A DNA stretch of 64,000 bases from Waterburya sp. (GCA_965217895.1 CBDCJV010000002.1:192001-256000); one strand, 5' to 3'. Positions 8,913 through 18,667 are shown, counted from the stretch's first letter. Notes: a model not told the origin generated them from the letters alone. Program-made: numbers and translations.

Positions 8913-10574
8913 CTAAAAAGAAAAAACCGTTCGTAGAGTCCCAGAGACAATTGTGCCATTACTATCCTGGTTGGCAGCATTAGTAATTACTTGAACTAAA
9001 GGTGTGATGCGAATATTGTCATTGACGGGAAAATTGTAGAATGCCTCAATGTTAGTTTGAGTAGCGTTACCAATCTTATCAGCAATAAAAGGTTGACCGA
9101 CAGCAACACCACTAATCGCACCAGACATAAACAAATCAGGAAAAGCGATTCCCACTATCCAGTAACTTGGATTAATATCCCCAAAGTCTGTATTGTTATA
9201 GCTGCCATAGCCGTAACGTCCAAAAACAGCAATTCGCTCTGAAATTGCCCACTCAAAGTTAGCTCCCACAACATCAAAGCGATCGCCCAATATTTCTCCG
9301 CCAGTGTACTGAAAACGCATGGTAAAATTATTAACAGGAGTGAATTCTACTTCAACTGCACCCTGATAGGGGTCGCCAAATAGCCCACCCTCGCTTTCAC
9401 CGTCGGGATAAAGAATATACCCGATGGGAAAAATACCAGGAACAAAAGACGAATTATCTGAGTTCGGTTCATTTGCCAATGCAGCTACATAAGCAGCTTT
9501 TACTCTAATACTTTCAACTGGATTCCAATCAATTACAGCACCCGCACCTAAACCTTGAATGGGAAAAAGAATGTAATTCTGTGATAATGACAGGGTGGAA
9601 AAGTTCAAAAAGCTAGGATTAATATAACTATTAGTATCTACATAATCAGTCAAACTAAGAGTAGAACCAAAGGTTAAATTAAGCTTATCAGACGGAGAAA
9701 AAGTATAGTAAAGACGAGAGATACCAAACTCTTCTACAGGTGGTTTTGCCGAGTAGTCTAGAACACTACCGAAAGTGGGTTCTAGAAAACCACCTGTATT
9801 ATCATCAATTCCATCGCTACCAATTTCTAGCCAGGTTACTAAAGAATCAGTACCATTAAAACTCGTATTGAGTTCCAAAGTAGTTCGATAAATTAGGGTG
9901 GCATTAGGATCGTCTGTGGTAATTTCTTCACCCGTTACATCAATAATGCGATCGCCCTCAAAGCCCCCTGCTGTTGCCCCTAAAACAACTAATGTTGTCA
10001 GTTTAGTAGTAGTAGAAAATTGATGGCGAGGCACGCTGCTTCGCAAGCAGCTTGTGCAATCGCCATGTTGATTTTCTTCTAAAAAAGCAGTTCGTTTTTC
10101 TAATTTGTCAACACGACTTTCTAAAGTAACTAGCTCGGCTTCAAATTCTTGTCTCAATCTTTGTAAGGTAGCTAAATCGTTACTAGATATTGATGTTTTC
10201 TCTTGAGCTATTAATTGCTCAACTTGTTTAAGCACCTTGTTTAAAGCTACTGCAAATTCATAGCGAGTTAGAGAGCGATCGCCTTTGAATGTATTATCTG
10301 GGTAGCCCGTGATTATACCGTAACGCTTAATTAAAAGCTGAAGTGCTTCATAAGCCCAGTCTGTTGGCTGAACATCTGAAAGTTTGCTCACAGGTGTAAC
10401 TTGCCCGACTAAAGCAGATACAGGCTCTTGAGAAATAACCTCTGGAACAGCTTGAGCAGGATAACTCTGAGTAATTAAAACTAGAAAGCTTAAACTATTA
10501 ACAAAATACAAATTGCAGAAAGAACACTGTAATTTCATTTGACTTAGACAGAGTTCGCTAATAAATGTTTTCAA
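8913..10574 (-). CDS. SLH-domain OprB-type outer-membrane porin
   Basis: SDVQPTDWAYEAL..GYPDNTF..TRYEFA SLH domain, coiled coil, FSTTTKL and C-terminal LRTVFSF. Confidence 0.92.
   Translation of the reverse strand: MKTFISELCLSQMKLQCSFCNLYFVNSLSFLVLITQSYPAQAVPEVISQEPVSALVGQVTPVSKLSDVQPTDWAYEALQLLIKRYGIITGYPDNTFKGDRSLTRYEFAVALNKVLKQVEQLIAQEKTSISSNDLATLQRLRQEFEAELVTLESRVDKLEKRTAFLEENQHGDCTSCLRSSVPRHQFSTTTKLTTLVVLGATAGGFEGDRIIDVTGEEITTDDPNATLIYRTTLELNTSFNGTDSLVTWLEIGSDGIDDNTGGFLEPTFGSVLDYSAKPPVEEFGISRLYYTFSPSDKLNLTFGSTLSLTDYVDTNSYINPSFLNFSTLSLSQNYILFPIQGLGAGAVIDWNPVESIRVKAAYVAALANEPNSDNSSFVPGIFPIGYILYPDGESEGGLFGDPYQGAVEVEFTPVNNFTMRFQYTGGEILGDRFDVVGANFEWAISERIAVFGRYGYGSYNNTDFGDINPSYWIVGIAFPDLFMSGAISGVAVGQPFIADKIGNATQTNIEAFYNFPVNDNIRITPLVQVITNAANQDSNGTIVSGTLRTVFSF
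10021..10071 (-). repeat. 48-bp TCA-flanked hairpin element, copy 2 (in frame in porin)
   Basis: TCA-AC-ATGGCGA-TT-GCAC-AA-GCTGCTT-GCG-AAGCAGC-GTGC-C-TCGCCA-TCA. Excision restores LEENQFSTTTKL. Confidence 0.88.
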
Positions 10575-10590
10575 TTATTTCTGTAATGAA

Positions 10591-11754
10591 TTAATGCCTT
10601 GATTTGATGAGAAAGGCAGAAAAAGCGATGAGCGATAGTAAAAGTCCGACAGTACAAACCCCACTCCATTGCCAGACTTTCCAGCCATAAGCACCGAGAA
10701 AAGAGCCGACTGCACCGCCGACAAAATAAAATGTGATAAATAGTGCATTCAAACGGCTGTGTTTCTCTTCGGGTAACTTGTAGAGCAATGCTTGATTAGA
10801 CACCGTTGTTACCTGAACTCCCAAATCCAATAAGATTACCCCAACAATTAGTCCCCATAAGTGATATCCAAACAACCAAAACACCAAAAAAGATACAGTT
10901 GTTGTAATCAAGCCCAATGCTATAGCGAGTCTGGGATTTCTGCGGTCGGCAAGTTTGCCAGCTAGCGGTGCTGCTGCTGCTCCTACTACTCCAATTAAAC
11001 CGAATAGCCCCGCTACCTCACTGCCATATTGGTAAGGTGGCTGCTCTAAGAGAAATATCAAAGTACTCCAAAAGACGCTAAATGCTCCAAAAGCCATCGC
11101 TCCTGCAATCGAGGCTTCTTGTAATACGGGTTCTCGCAGCAATTTCAACATGGAGCGAATTAATTGCTGGTAATTCAAGATGACCGCTGGCTGACTTTTG
11201 GGCAGAATTTTCAACACGGCGATCGCCAAGACTAGCATAACTCCACTAGCAATCCAATATATTGCCCGCCAGCCCAACTCTACACCTACAAAACCACTTA
11301 CGGTACGAGATAGAAGAATGCCAATAAGCAGTCCACTCATTACAGTACCTACTACCTTACCTCGGACGGATGGAGGAGCTAGCACAGCAGCAAAAGGAAC
11401 GGCGATTTGAGGTACGATTGTGGTTATTCCAATAATAAAGCTGGCAATTACTAACCAGGAGATCGTTGGAGAAACGGCTGCGGTAGCTAACGCTAGCGAA
11501 GTTCCAATTAACATGGTGACAATCAACCGCCTTCGCTCTAGAAGATCGCCAAGAGGGACGATTAAAAAGTTTCCTAGCGCATAACCAATTTGACCTAATG
11601 TTGGAATTAATCCTGTGTCTTGGGCGGAGGCATTAAGGCTTTTAGCGATCGCTGCGAGTAGAGGCTGATTGTAATATAAATTGGCAGCAGTAGCCCCGCT
11701 AGTAATTGCCATCAACCAGACAATTTTGCGATCTATAACAATGTTGCGATTCAT
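10591..11754 (-). CDS. MFS transporter
   Basis: About 12 hydrophobic segments, ANLYYNQPLL and PLGDLLERRR motif A. Confidence 0.9.
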   Translation of the reverse strand: MNRNIVIDRKIVWLMAITSGATAANLYYNQPLLAAIAKSLNASAQDTGLIPTLGQIGYALGNFLIVPLGDLLERRRLIVTMLIGTSLALATAAVSPTISWLVIASFIIGITTIVPQIAVPFAAVLAPPSVRGKVVGTVMSGLLIGILLSRTVSGFVGVELGWRAIYWIASGVMLVLAIAVLKILPKSQPAVILNYQQLIRSMLKLLREPVLQEASIAGAMAFGAFSVFWSTLIFLLEQPPYQYGSEVAGLFGLIGVVGAAAAPLAGKLADRRNPRLAIALGLITTTVSFLVFWLFGYHLWGLIVGVILLDLGVQVTTVSNQALLYKLPEEKHSRLNALFITFYFVGGAVGSFLGAYGWKVWQWSGVCTVGLLLSLIAFSAFLIKSRH

Positions 11755-11840
11755 AATAATTGGATTGGAAGCATAAAGGTTGAATCATTACAGGTAATGT
11801 AAAACTCAGCCGAAGCCTGCAAAGTTGAGGTGCAAAAGTA

Positions 11841-12485
11841 TTAACCTTTTCTATCAGTCTTGCTGTAGCTAGGCTGCCAAGTTTCTATAACTTGCAGTAT
11901 CGCTTTACGAGCTTGGGCTAGAGACTTTTGACGGGCTGACTCTCCCATCGCTAGATTCTCTGCATGGATAAAAGTAATATTTGTAACGCCAATAAGTTCA
12001 AAAATAGCCCTCAAGTATGGTTCTTGAAAATCAAGGGGGCTACCTTCGTAGCTACCGCCTCTAGTTGTAATTACTAAGATTTTTTTAGAGTCTTTAACTA
12101 AACCTTGATAGCTATTGGATGTTACGGCAAAGGTGCGTCCTACCCTAATAATCTGATCGATGTAAGCTTTGAAGTTAGCAGGAATACTGTAGTTATACAT
12201 GGGAATACCAAACACGCAGACTCGTGCAGCTAAAAACTCATCAATTAATTTGTCAGAAATTTCTATTGCCGACTTCAATTCTGGTGTTAGTTGTTCGGCA
12301 GAATTAAATGCTGCTGCAATCCATAATTCATCGACAAAAGGAACGGGATTATGTCCCAAATCACGATAAGTAATTTTGTCTTCAGGATAGGTTTCCTGCC
12401 AAATACGATTGAACTCATTAGTCAAGGCACGAGATAGAGAGCGATCGCCTCTTGGACTAGAATCAAGATGAAGTATGCAAGTCAT
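11841..12485 (-). CDS. azoR: FMN-dependent NADH-azoreductase
   Basis: LDSSPRGDRSLSR, PMYNYSIPANFKAYID and TRGGSY. Confidence 0.88.
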   Translation of the reverse strand: MTCILHLDSSPRGDRSLSRALTNEFNRIWQETYPEDKITYRDLGHNPVPFVDELWIAAAFNSAEQLTPELKSAIEISDKLIDEFLAARVCVFGIPMYNYSIPANFKAYIDQIIRVGRTFAVTSNSYQGLVKDSKKILVITTRGGSYEGSPLDFQEPYLRAIFELIGVTNITFIHAENLAMGESARQKSLAQARKAILQVIETWQPSYSKTDRKG

Positions 12486-12601
12486 TGATTAATGTGTCTT
12501 ATCGACTTTATAAAAATTTGTCTTTATAAAATCAATTATTATGAGTTTGAATCAATGCTGTCTTGCACAATCTCTCAATTTTCAGCACATTCTTATAGAA
12601 C

Positions 12602-13510
12602 TTATTGAAGTAGGCGAAACTGTTTGGGAGTTACACCAACTAACCGTTTAAAATGACGGCTGAGATGGCTTTGATGAGAAAACCCAAGTCTCAAGGCAAT
12701 GTCTGCGATCGTCAGATCGTTTTCTAGTAGTAATTGCTTGGCACGCTCTATGCGACACTGAATCACATACTGATGGGGTGGAATTCCAACTGCTTGTTTA
12801 AATAAAATAGAAAAATAGCTTGGACTTATCTGTACCAGTGTTGCTAATTCAGCTAAAGCTAAGTCTCGATCAAGATGCTGATAAATGTAGTCAATTACTT
12901 GTTGTAACTTCCGCTTTGACAAAGGATTTAAATCGTTTTGAGAACGGTGCTTTTGGTTTGAATAGTGCCGTACCAAGTGAGTCATTAAAACAGCAATTAG
13001 TGAATCGATGTAAAGACGGCTACCAAAGCCACTAGATTGCAGTTCCGATTTAAGTGCTAACCCGACACTGTGAATCAATGGGTCAGACTTACTAAAACAG
13101 GGGATAAATTCAATATCAGCTACATCAACCAGATCAAAACTTTGACGAGCCAATATACTAGGCTCAAAACTTAGAGTAATAAATTGATACTTTCTGTCCC
13201 AATACGCAGAGTTAAGTACATCATTTGGTACGAAAGTGATACTTGCATTGCCAAGCTGACTATTGTGCAAACGATGCTCGATCATTTCCTCAATTATTAA
13301 AGACGAAGGACTATGATCGTGAATAATAAGGCGATGCTGCTTGGAATAATTGCTAGAAAGTTTATGAGGAGGATGACAATGATAATGTAGCTGAATTCCA
13401 TTCCATCCTATTGGCTGGCTAGAGAGCAGAGGTAACTGCGGATAAAGCTGAAGAACATCATCCTCTTCAGCAAAATCGACTATTAAAGTTTTCTTTTCTA
13501 GCATCGCCAC
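12602..13510 (-). CDS. AraC-family transcriptional regulator
   Basis: C-terminal double HTH ending GFSHQSHLSRHFKRLVGVTPKQFR. Confidence 0.92.
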   Translation of the reverse strand: MAMLEKKTLIVDFAEEDDVLQLYPQLPLLSSQPIGWNGIQLHYHCHPPHKLSSNYSKQHRLIIHDHSPSSLIIEEMIEHRLHNSQLGNASITFVPNDVLNSAYWDRKYQFITLSFEPSILARQSFDLVDVADIEFIPCFSKSDPLIHSVGLALKSELQSSGFGSRLYIDSLIAVLMTHLVRHYSNQKHRSQNDLNPLSKRKLQQVIDYIYQHLDRDLALAELATLVQISPSYFSILFKQAVGIPPHQYVIQCRIERAKQLLLENDLTIADIALRLGFSHQSHLSRHFKRLVGVTPKQFRLLQ

Positions 13511-13582
13511 AATTTCTCTGAGAATATTTTTAGATAGTATAGTATGCAGCTATTTTAGATTTTATAAGTATTATCAATCGAG

Positions 13583-14150
13583 TCAATGCTTATCGGCATG
13601 AATTCCGATATTAATAAGTAAAATATTGCTAATGGTCAAAATTGCCCAAAACCCAAACAGGGTATTAATCGTACCCAGATTTTCAGATAAAAAGCCGATC
13701 GCCACTACGGGTAAACCATAGCCAAGATAAGCACAGACAAAATAACCCGATGTCACTCTCGCCGACTGCGAACCGCCTACTTTTACTACTTGAGCCAATC
13801 CACCCAAATAAGTAAATCCATAACAAGCCGTTCCTGCGATCGCCACTCCTGCTATTACTAAAGCCAAAACATTAAGCCACGCCCCACAGGTAAAGCTAAG
13901 ATAGCCAATAACCAGTAAAACAGAGCCTAGTTTTAGCGATCGCCTCTCCTCTAACTTACGAGCAAAGGATTGAAGCAAAACCCCAGAAATCACAAAGATA
14001 AACAACATCACACCCGACCAATTGGGCAAACCGTATTGTTGTAACTGTTGTGGCAGAATGATGCCGACAATTCTCGCTAAAGACCAAGCTAAGGCGATCG
14101 CTAATTCCACCTAGTAGAATCAAAGTTGGTAATAAACCTGCGATATAGGT
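13583..14150 (-). pseudogene. MFS transporter pseudogene (5' end cut at IS982; internal deletion at a HIP1 site)
   Basis: YIAGLLPTLILLGGISDR (TM2/motif A) joins out of frame at GCGATCGC 14094-14101 to the C-terminal half (AIALAWS..YLGYGLPV). Confidence 0.7.
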
Positions 14151-14273
14151 AACCTGAGTTCGGGTTAAGCAGATTGAGGCAAAAGCCAATCAAGGCGGAG
14201 ACTAGGCTTTTTAGGTTGATGACAATAAGCGATTAATCCACAAAGAACATTAACGCAAAAATTTACTGGCGAT

Positions 14274-14294
14274 GCCTTCGGCTAGCTTCGCAAT
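14274..14294. repeat. 21-bp insert in a HIP1-like site (SDR5-like)
   Basis: Excision restores GCGATCGA and the peptide HSRHRSP. The insert supplies an in-frame TAG. Confidence 0.75.
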
Positions 14295-14625
14295 CGATGG
14301 CGAGAATGTTTGATTTGAGAAATATTTTTGAGTTGGTCATTAATTGTCTCAATAATTGATCGGTGGCGGGATAGAAGTTTGTCATGAAGTCGCATTAATT
14401 TATTCTTCATATTACGTCTGGGTTTAGCAAAAAACTGAATCCCAAACTCTTCGAGCAATTGATTAGCAAGCTTTTGGGAGACATAGCCTCTGTCTGCAAA
14501 AAATTTACCAAAAAGACCTTGAAGCAAGTCAGGAATAGGACGACGATCATCAAAGTTTCCAGGAGTAAGTTGAGCATTTAACAGTTGACCGATCTCGTTG
14601 ACTACTAAGTGGAGCTTAAAACCAT

Positions 14626-14673
14626 CTTGGTGCGCGTTCCCATGCTGGGGAAACCCCAGCGGGGTCGCACCGC
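14626..14673. repeat. 48-bp hairpin insert of a different family in IS982 transposase
   Basis: GGTGCG..CCC..GCTGGGG-AAA-CCCCAGC-GGG..CGCACC. Excision restores DWFYGFKLH. Confidence 0.75.
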
Positions 14674-14747
14674 AAAACCAATCAACCGAAGTTTTACCTC
14701 TTTGAGCTAAACCATCAAAAACTTTGTGGCGTTTAATTCGGCGATTG

Positions 14748-14798
14748 TGACGGTGGGGTATGCTGGGGTTTCCCCAGCTTATACAACCACCGTGTTGA
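14748..14798 (-). repeat. 48-bp TCA-flanked hairpin element, copy 3
   Basis: TCA-AC-ACGGTGG-TT-GTAT-AA-GCTGGGG-AAA-CCCCAGC-ATAC-C-CCACCG-TCA. Excision restores KVCHNRRI. Confidence 0.88.
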
Positions 14799-15377
14799 CA
14801 AACTTTGAGACTAGTAGCATCAACAAAACCAATCCCTGTACAGTTTCCAAAACAACGTTTGAGGTAGACACACAACGGAATTAAAGTTGAAGGAGTCCAT
14901 TCCACAAATCTTTGATAGCTAGGAAGTCCTGGAAAAGCCAAATGCCAATGCTGTTTTACATAGTCAAGATAAAAGTGTTTAAAATTGCGATAGTGATTTT
15001 GATGAAACGCAATTAAAATCGTCATTATTTCACTCAAACAGAGGTTTTTCGCTCTGCGTCTTTTTATTCCGCCATGACTTAGCAACTTCTTTTGCCATTC
15101 AGGTTCAAAAACAAGACAAAAATCGTCTACATCACAAAATAAAGCATCTAAACTAAACATAGGGCAGGTTTACTGAAGAAAGTTGTTATTTTCAGCTTAC
15201 TACCTGTCCTTTTTCTTATCCCGAACTCAGGTTAAGTAATAAAATAAGATGAGGTCTAAAAGGTTGGGTTTTTTCTACCGTCAGAAAGGTGCAAAGATCC
15301 AAAGCTTAATTCTAAGATGAGATTATCCACAGCTTGAATTTTAATTCAAGTCAACAAAGAATGAGGGATAATTAATT

Positions 15378-16160
15378 ATGTCTGAATCAAATGAATCTAA
15401 AAAAGAAAGAATTATTGCCGATCTGCAACAGGCAAAACAAACAGGAGAATTAAAAACCGATAAAATTCGCGAGATTGTTAAAAATGCGATCGCTCAAACT
15501 ATTACCGAATATAAAGAAGGTAAAAGCGAAGTTGCTAACCTAATTGAAGATGCGATCGCTGCGGTTACAGAGACTTTTAAAGAAAAAAGCGGCGAGATAA
15601 AAGAAGAGGTAACTGCTTCTATTCAGGGAGCAATAGACGGTATTAGTGAAGCCAGAAAACAAAAAATTACCCAAACCCAATCAGAAATTACTACCCTAGA
15701 AGCAAAAGTAGTAGCCGAAGAACAAGAGCTACAGAATGATATTGATAACGCTCTGGCAAAAGTAAAAACCAAAAGCGAAACCGAACCAGATAAGCTTAAA
15801 GTTGCGATCTCCGAAGCTATTACTGGAATTAGTAATAGTGAAGAATTTGCCATTTTACAAAAACACTATGCTCGCTTGAAGGCACAAACTTCTGTATTGC
15901 AGGCAAACTTAGCTAACCGTTATGGAGAACAGTACGAAGAGGTAAACAAGCATTTAGAAGAAGCTAAAACTTGGTACGAAAAAGCCAAAGAAGATCCAGA
16001 GGTATTTACTGAGCCAGCTAAACGTAAAAGAGCCGAATTTGAGCAAAAATTAGGTGCAACTGGCGGTGCAGTAGCACGGAAGGAAAAAGAAGTTAAAGGG
16101 TTACTCAAAGAACTCTGGAAAGAAGTCAGAGAAATATTTCAAGAAAAAACAGCAAAATAA
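15378..16160 (+). CDS. Alpha-helical/coiled-coil hypothetical protein
   Basis: 260-aa E/K/A-rich ORF with a GAGGG RBS. Confidence 0.75.
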   Translation: MSESNESKKERIIADLQQAKQTGELKTDKIREIVKNAIAQTITEYKEGKSEVANLIEDAIAAVTETFKEKSGEIKEEVTASIQGAIDGISEARKQKITQTQSEITTLEAKVVAEEQELQNDIDNALAKVKTKSETEPDKLKVAISEAITGISNSEEFAILQKHYARLKAQTSVLQANLANRYGEQYEEVNKHLEEAKTWYEKAKEDPEVFTEPAKRKRAEFEQKLGATGGAVARKEKEVKGLLKELWKEVREIFQEKTAK

Positions 16161-16204
16161 GTTTGCCCAGCCAAACCGTTAAATAGAATCCCAATATTGT
16201 AAAG

Positions 16205-16714
16205 TCAGTCTCTTGGTATAATCTCAAACTCCTGTAGTGCGGGAACAAAGTTTTGATTTTCGTGGCTAGGGCGACTAAGCTTAATCAAAGCAAAACGTTG
16301 TTCGGGTGATAAGTTTGACCATTGTTTTAGGGAAATATCAGCCTGACATTCTTGAGCTTTGATTTGGACACTATTGGGAACAGATTGAGCATCTAACCAA
16401 GGAGGTTCAGGATCTATAGTTAATTCCTTGGCTGGTTGTCCAGTTTTAACGGTGACCAAGTTTTGCAAATATTGTCTGTAAGCTTCAGTTTCTAATACGC
16501 TAAGGCAGGGCATATTTACCAATGTCTCGCGTTCTGAATGACTAAAATGATTCCAATCTACCAGTTTTAGCTTTATACCACAGTTATCTAGCTTCATTCT
16601 GACCTGCATCGGAATACATTGCAGTGAACCAACAAAATCTGCTTCAAATTGAAAATAGTTTGAATTTGTGCTTTCTCCATTTGAGAAGTGTGGTGTAATT
16701 TTTGAATTGTCCAT
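16205..16714 (-). CDS. Nitrate reductase-associated protein (NarM-like)
   Basis: FQFEADFVGSLQCIPMQVRMKLD and QRFALIKLSRPSHEN. Confidence 0.85.
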   Translation of the reverse strand: MDNSKITPHFSNGESTNSNYFQFEADFVGSLQCIPMQVRMKLDNCGIKLKLVDWNHFSHSERETLVNMPCLSVLETEAYRQYLQNLVTVKTGQPAKELTIDPEPPWLDAQSVPNSVQIKAQECQADISLKQWSNLSPEQRFALIKLSRPSHENQNFVPALQEFEIIPRD

Positions 16715-17022
16715 TGGTTTATATTGATTGCTATTGAATAGTTGGAAATTGACTATCTCACAAAGTAGAAAGTAATTAAGCGTATATCTAATCTAATATT
16801 TATTGCTTTAAGATTATTATGTTTACAGTCAGAGATTACTCCGCCATAAAACGACAGAGCAATCTCTGAGCGTCGATCAATATTGAATTTATACTTTTAA
16901 TCATATTAATTTAAAGAACTGAGATTGTATCAACGTAACTCGTAGTTTAGAAAAAGACGTGGTTAAGTATGATTTTAATAATGATGACTGTAAAATAACG
17001 ATAGAAAAAAAGCCTTTAGCAA

Positions 17023-17439
17023 ATGTCTAAGCCTACTCAAGCTCATCTTGAACGTACCGTAAATAAAAACGATCCTTTAGAAGTTAGGCAAAAAACCTTA
17101 AGCCAGATGCAGTACTATATGGGAGCAAAACTGGTTGAGGTTAGAGTAAATCCTCAAGCCGTTATGTATCGTTGGTCAATTGAAAATCGAGATGATCGAC
17201 AAATTTGCACTCTCAGTGCCTTTTGGGGTGACTCTAAACAAAAAATACTTTCTGGAGAAGAGCCTCTTCAAGGACAAGAGCTAACCAATTGTGCTAGGGC
17301 TAATGCTTCTAGTGGCGCAGAAATGGCAGCTATGGTTTGCGGTTTTGGTTCAGATATTGAACACTTTAAGTCTACATTAGAGGAAACGGTTCAAAAGCTA
17401 GAATTGTCTCCTGAATCCTTTAACAAGCTTTTAAGTTAA
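17023..17439 (+). CDS. Hypothetical protein
   Basis: 138-aa ORF with typical codon usage; no motif recognised. Confidence 0.7.
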   Translation: MSKPTQAHLERTVNKNDPLEVRQKTLSQMQYYMGAKLVEVRVNPQAVMYRWSIENRDDRQICTLSAFWGDSKQKILSGEEPLQGQELTNCARANASSGAEMAAMVCGFGSDIEHFKSTLEETVQKLELSPESFNKLLS

Positions 17440-17544
17440 CAACCTAGCTGCCTGACACAAGTATCTCAAAAGTTTTCAGTGTATAGGTTTTATTTCTTGT
17501 ACCCCGAAGGTTGTTTTTATATTTGGAGGAAATCAACTTCATAT

Positions 17545-18282
17545 TCATTTAAATTCAATTTTTTCTATTTGGGATGAGTTTATTTTGGCAACCGCAGCTT
17601 CTGCTGCTTTTTTTTCAGCTTCTTGTTTGCGATGACCAACTCCTATACCAAAAACCCGATCTAAAACTAATACTTGCGCTGTAAATTGTTTAGCATGATC
17701 TGGACCTGATTCTGCAATAATTTTATAGATTGGTTTTGCCTGATAATGAGCTAATGTCCACTGTTGAAAACGATTTTTGCTATCGATAAATGTCTCTTGG
17801 GGTTGTGTCACATTGCCTGGTGTGTTTAAGTCTGAGGTTGATGAATCATTGACTAGCTTTTCTACCAGCGGTTTAAAAATATTGATAATATATAGGCGGA
17901 CTGGTTCAATTCCTGCATCCAGAAAATAGGCACCCAAAGTAGCCTCGAAGGTGTTGTTGAGTAAGGAAGGATTGTTTCTCCCACCGCCTTTTGCTGCACC
18001 TTTGCCCAAGCGCATTAGCTCTCCAAGACCAAATTCTGCACCTAGCTTACCTAGCTGTTTTTCGTCTACCAAGCGCGATCGCAGGTGAGTTAATTGAGCT
18101 TCATTGATGCTAGGATACATCTCATACAACATTTGGGCGATAACAAAACCCAGAATAGCATCTCCCAAAAATTCTAAACGTTCATTATCTGCTTGTAATG
18201 AATGTTCATTTGCATAAGAGCGGTGGGTCAATGCTAAATTGAGCAGTGCAGGATTTTTAAATTGCGGTAGTTTTCCCTTCAT
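17545..18282 (-). CDS. rnc: Ribonuclease III
   Basis: ALTHRSY, NERLEFLGDAIL and a C-terminal dsRBD (GPDHAKQF..KQEAEKKAA). Confidence 0.93.
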   Translation of the reverse strand: MKGKLPQFKNPALLNLALTHRSYANEHSLQADNERLEFLGDAILGFVIAQMLYEMYPSINEAQLTHLRSRLVDEKQLGKLGAEFGLGELMRLGKGAAKGGGRNNPSLLNNTFEATLGAYFLDAGIEPVRLYIINIFKPLVEKLVNDSSTSDLNTPGNVTQPQETFIDSKNRFQQWTLAHYQAKPIYKIIAESGPDHAKQFTAQVLVLDRVFGIGVGHRKQEAEKKAAEAAVAKINSSQIEKIEFK

Positions 18283-18499
18283 TTTTTACCCAGTTTTACT
18301 TTTATCGCCGTCAAAGCAAAGGTTAAGATTCTAAACAATTATTTCGCACAGAGACGCAAAGAAATTTAAGAAATGTCCTAATCTAGAATGCGATTGCTAT
18401 AACTATAATTAAATTACGATCCTGGCAACTTAGAGCGATCGCATCTGCTTTAGTTTTAGCAGTAACAATTAAATCAGTCAGCAATTATTAATCAATTTT

Positions 18500-18667
18500 A
18501 TGTTACTCGCGGTTATTCTCGGTGTGCTTTTAATCGCCAACTGGTTTATAACTAACGCTTTAGTGTTGTTCCCTATTAATCTAATGTTTCGCTTTGCTTC
18601 TTTTGGCTGCTGGGGACTAGTTTTATTAACTGTATTATTCTTTGTTTGGTGTATCGGTGAAGATTAA
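18500..18667 (+). CDS. Small two-TM membrane protein (55 aa; below the ORF-track cutoff)
   Basis: ATG 18500 to TAA 18667: MLLAVILGVLLIANWFITNALVLFPINLMFRFASFGCWGLVLLTVLFFVWCIGED. Confidence 0.55.
   Translation: MLLAVILGVLLIANWFITNALVLFPINLMFRFASFGCWGLVLLTVLFFVWCIGED

Larger units (their letters stand above)
14165..15160 (-). pseudogene. IS982 transposase disrupted by three micro-insertions
   Basis: MFSLDALFCDVDDFC, FVDATSL, GFKLHL, ADRGYVS, IETINDQLKN. After a 21-bp insert containing TAG the frame continues [24 protein letters not shown] to TAA at 14165. Removing 48+48+21 bp leaves 292 codons. Confidence 0.88.
14151..15233 (-). mobile_element. IS982-family insertion sequence
   Basis: Terminal inverted repeats AACCTGAGTTCGGGTTAAG (14151) and CTTATCCCGAACTCAGGTT (to 15233) enclose the transposase. 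Confidence 0.9.

Noticed and set aside
13956..14189. 77-aa ORF
   Set aside because: It is a chimera of the IS982 end and the MFS remnant.
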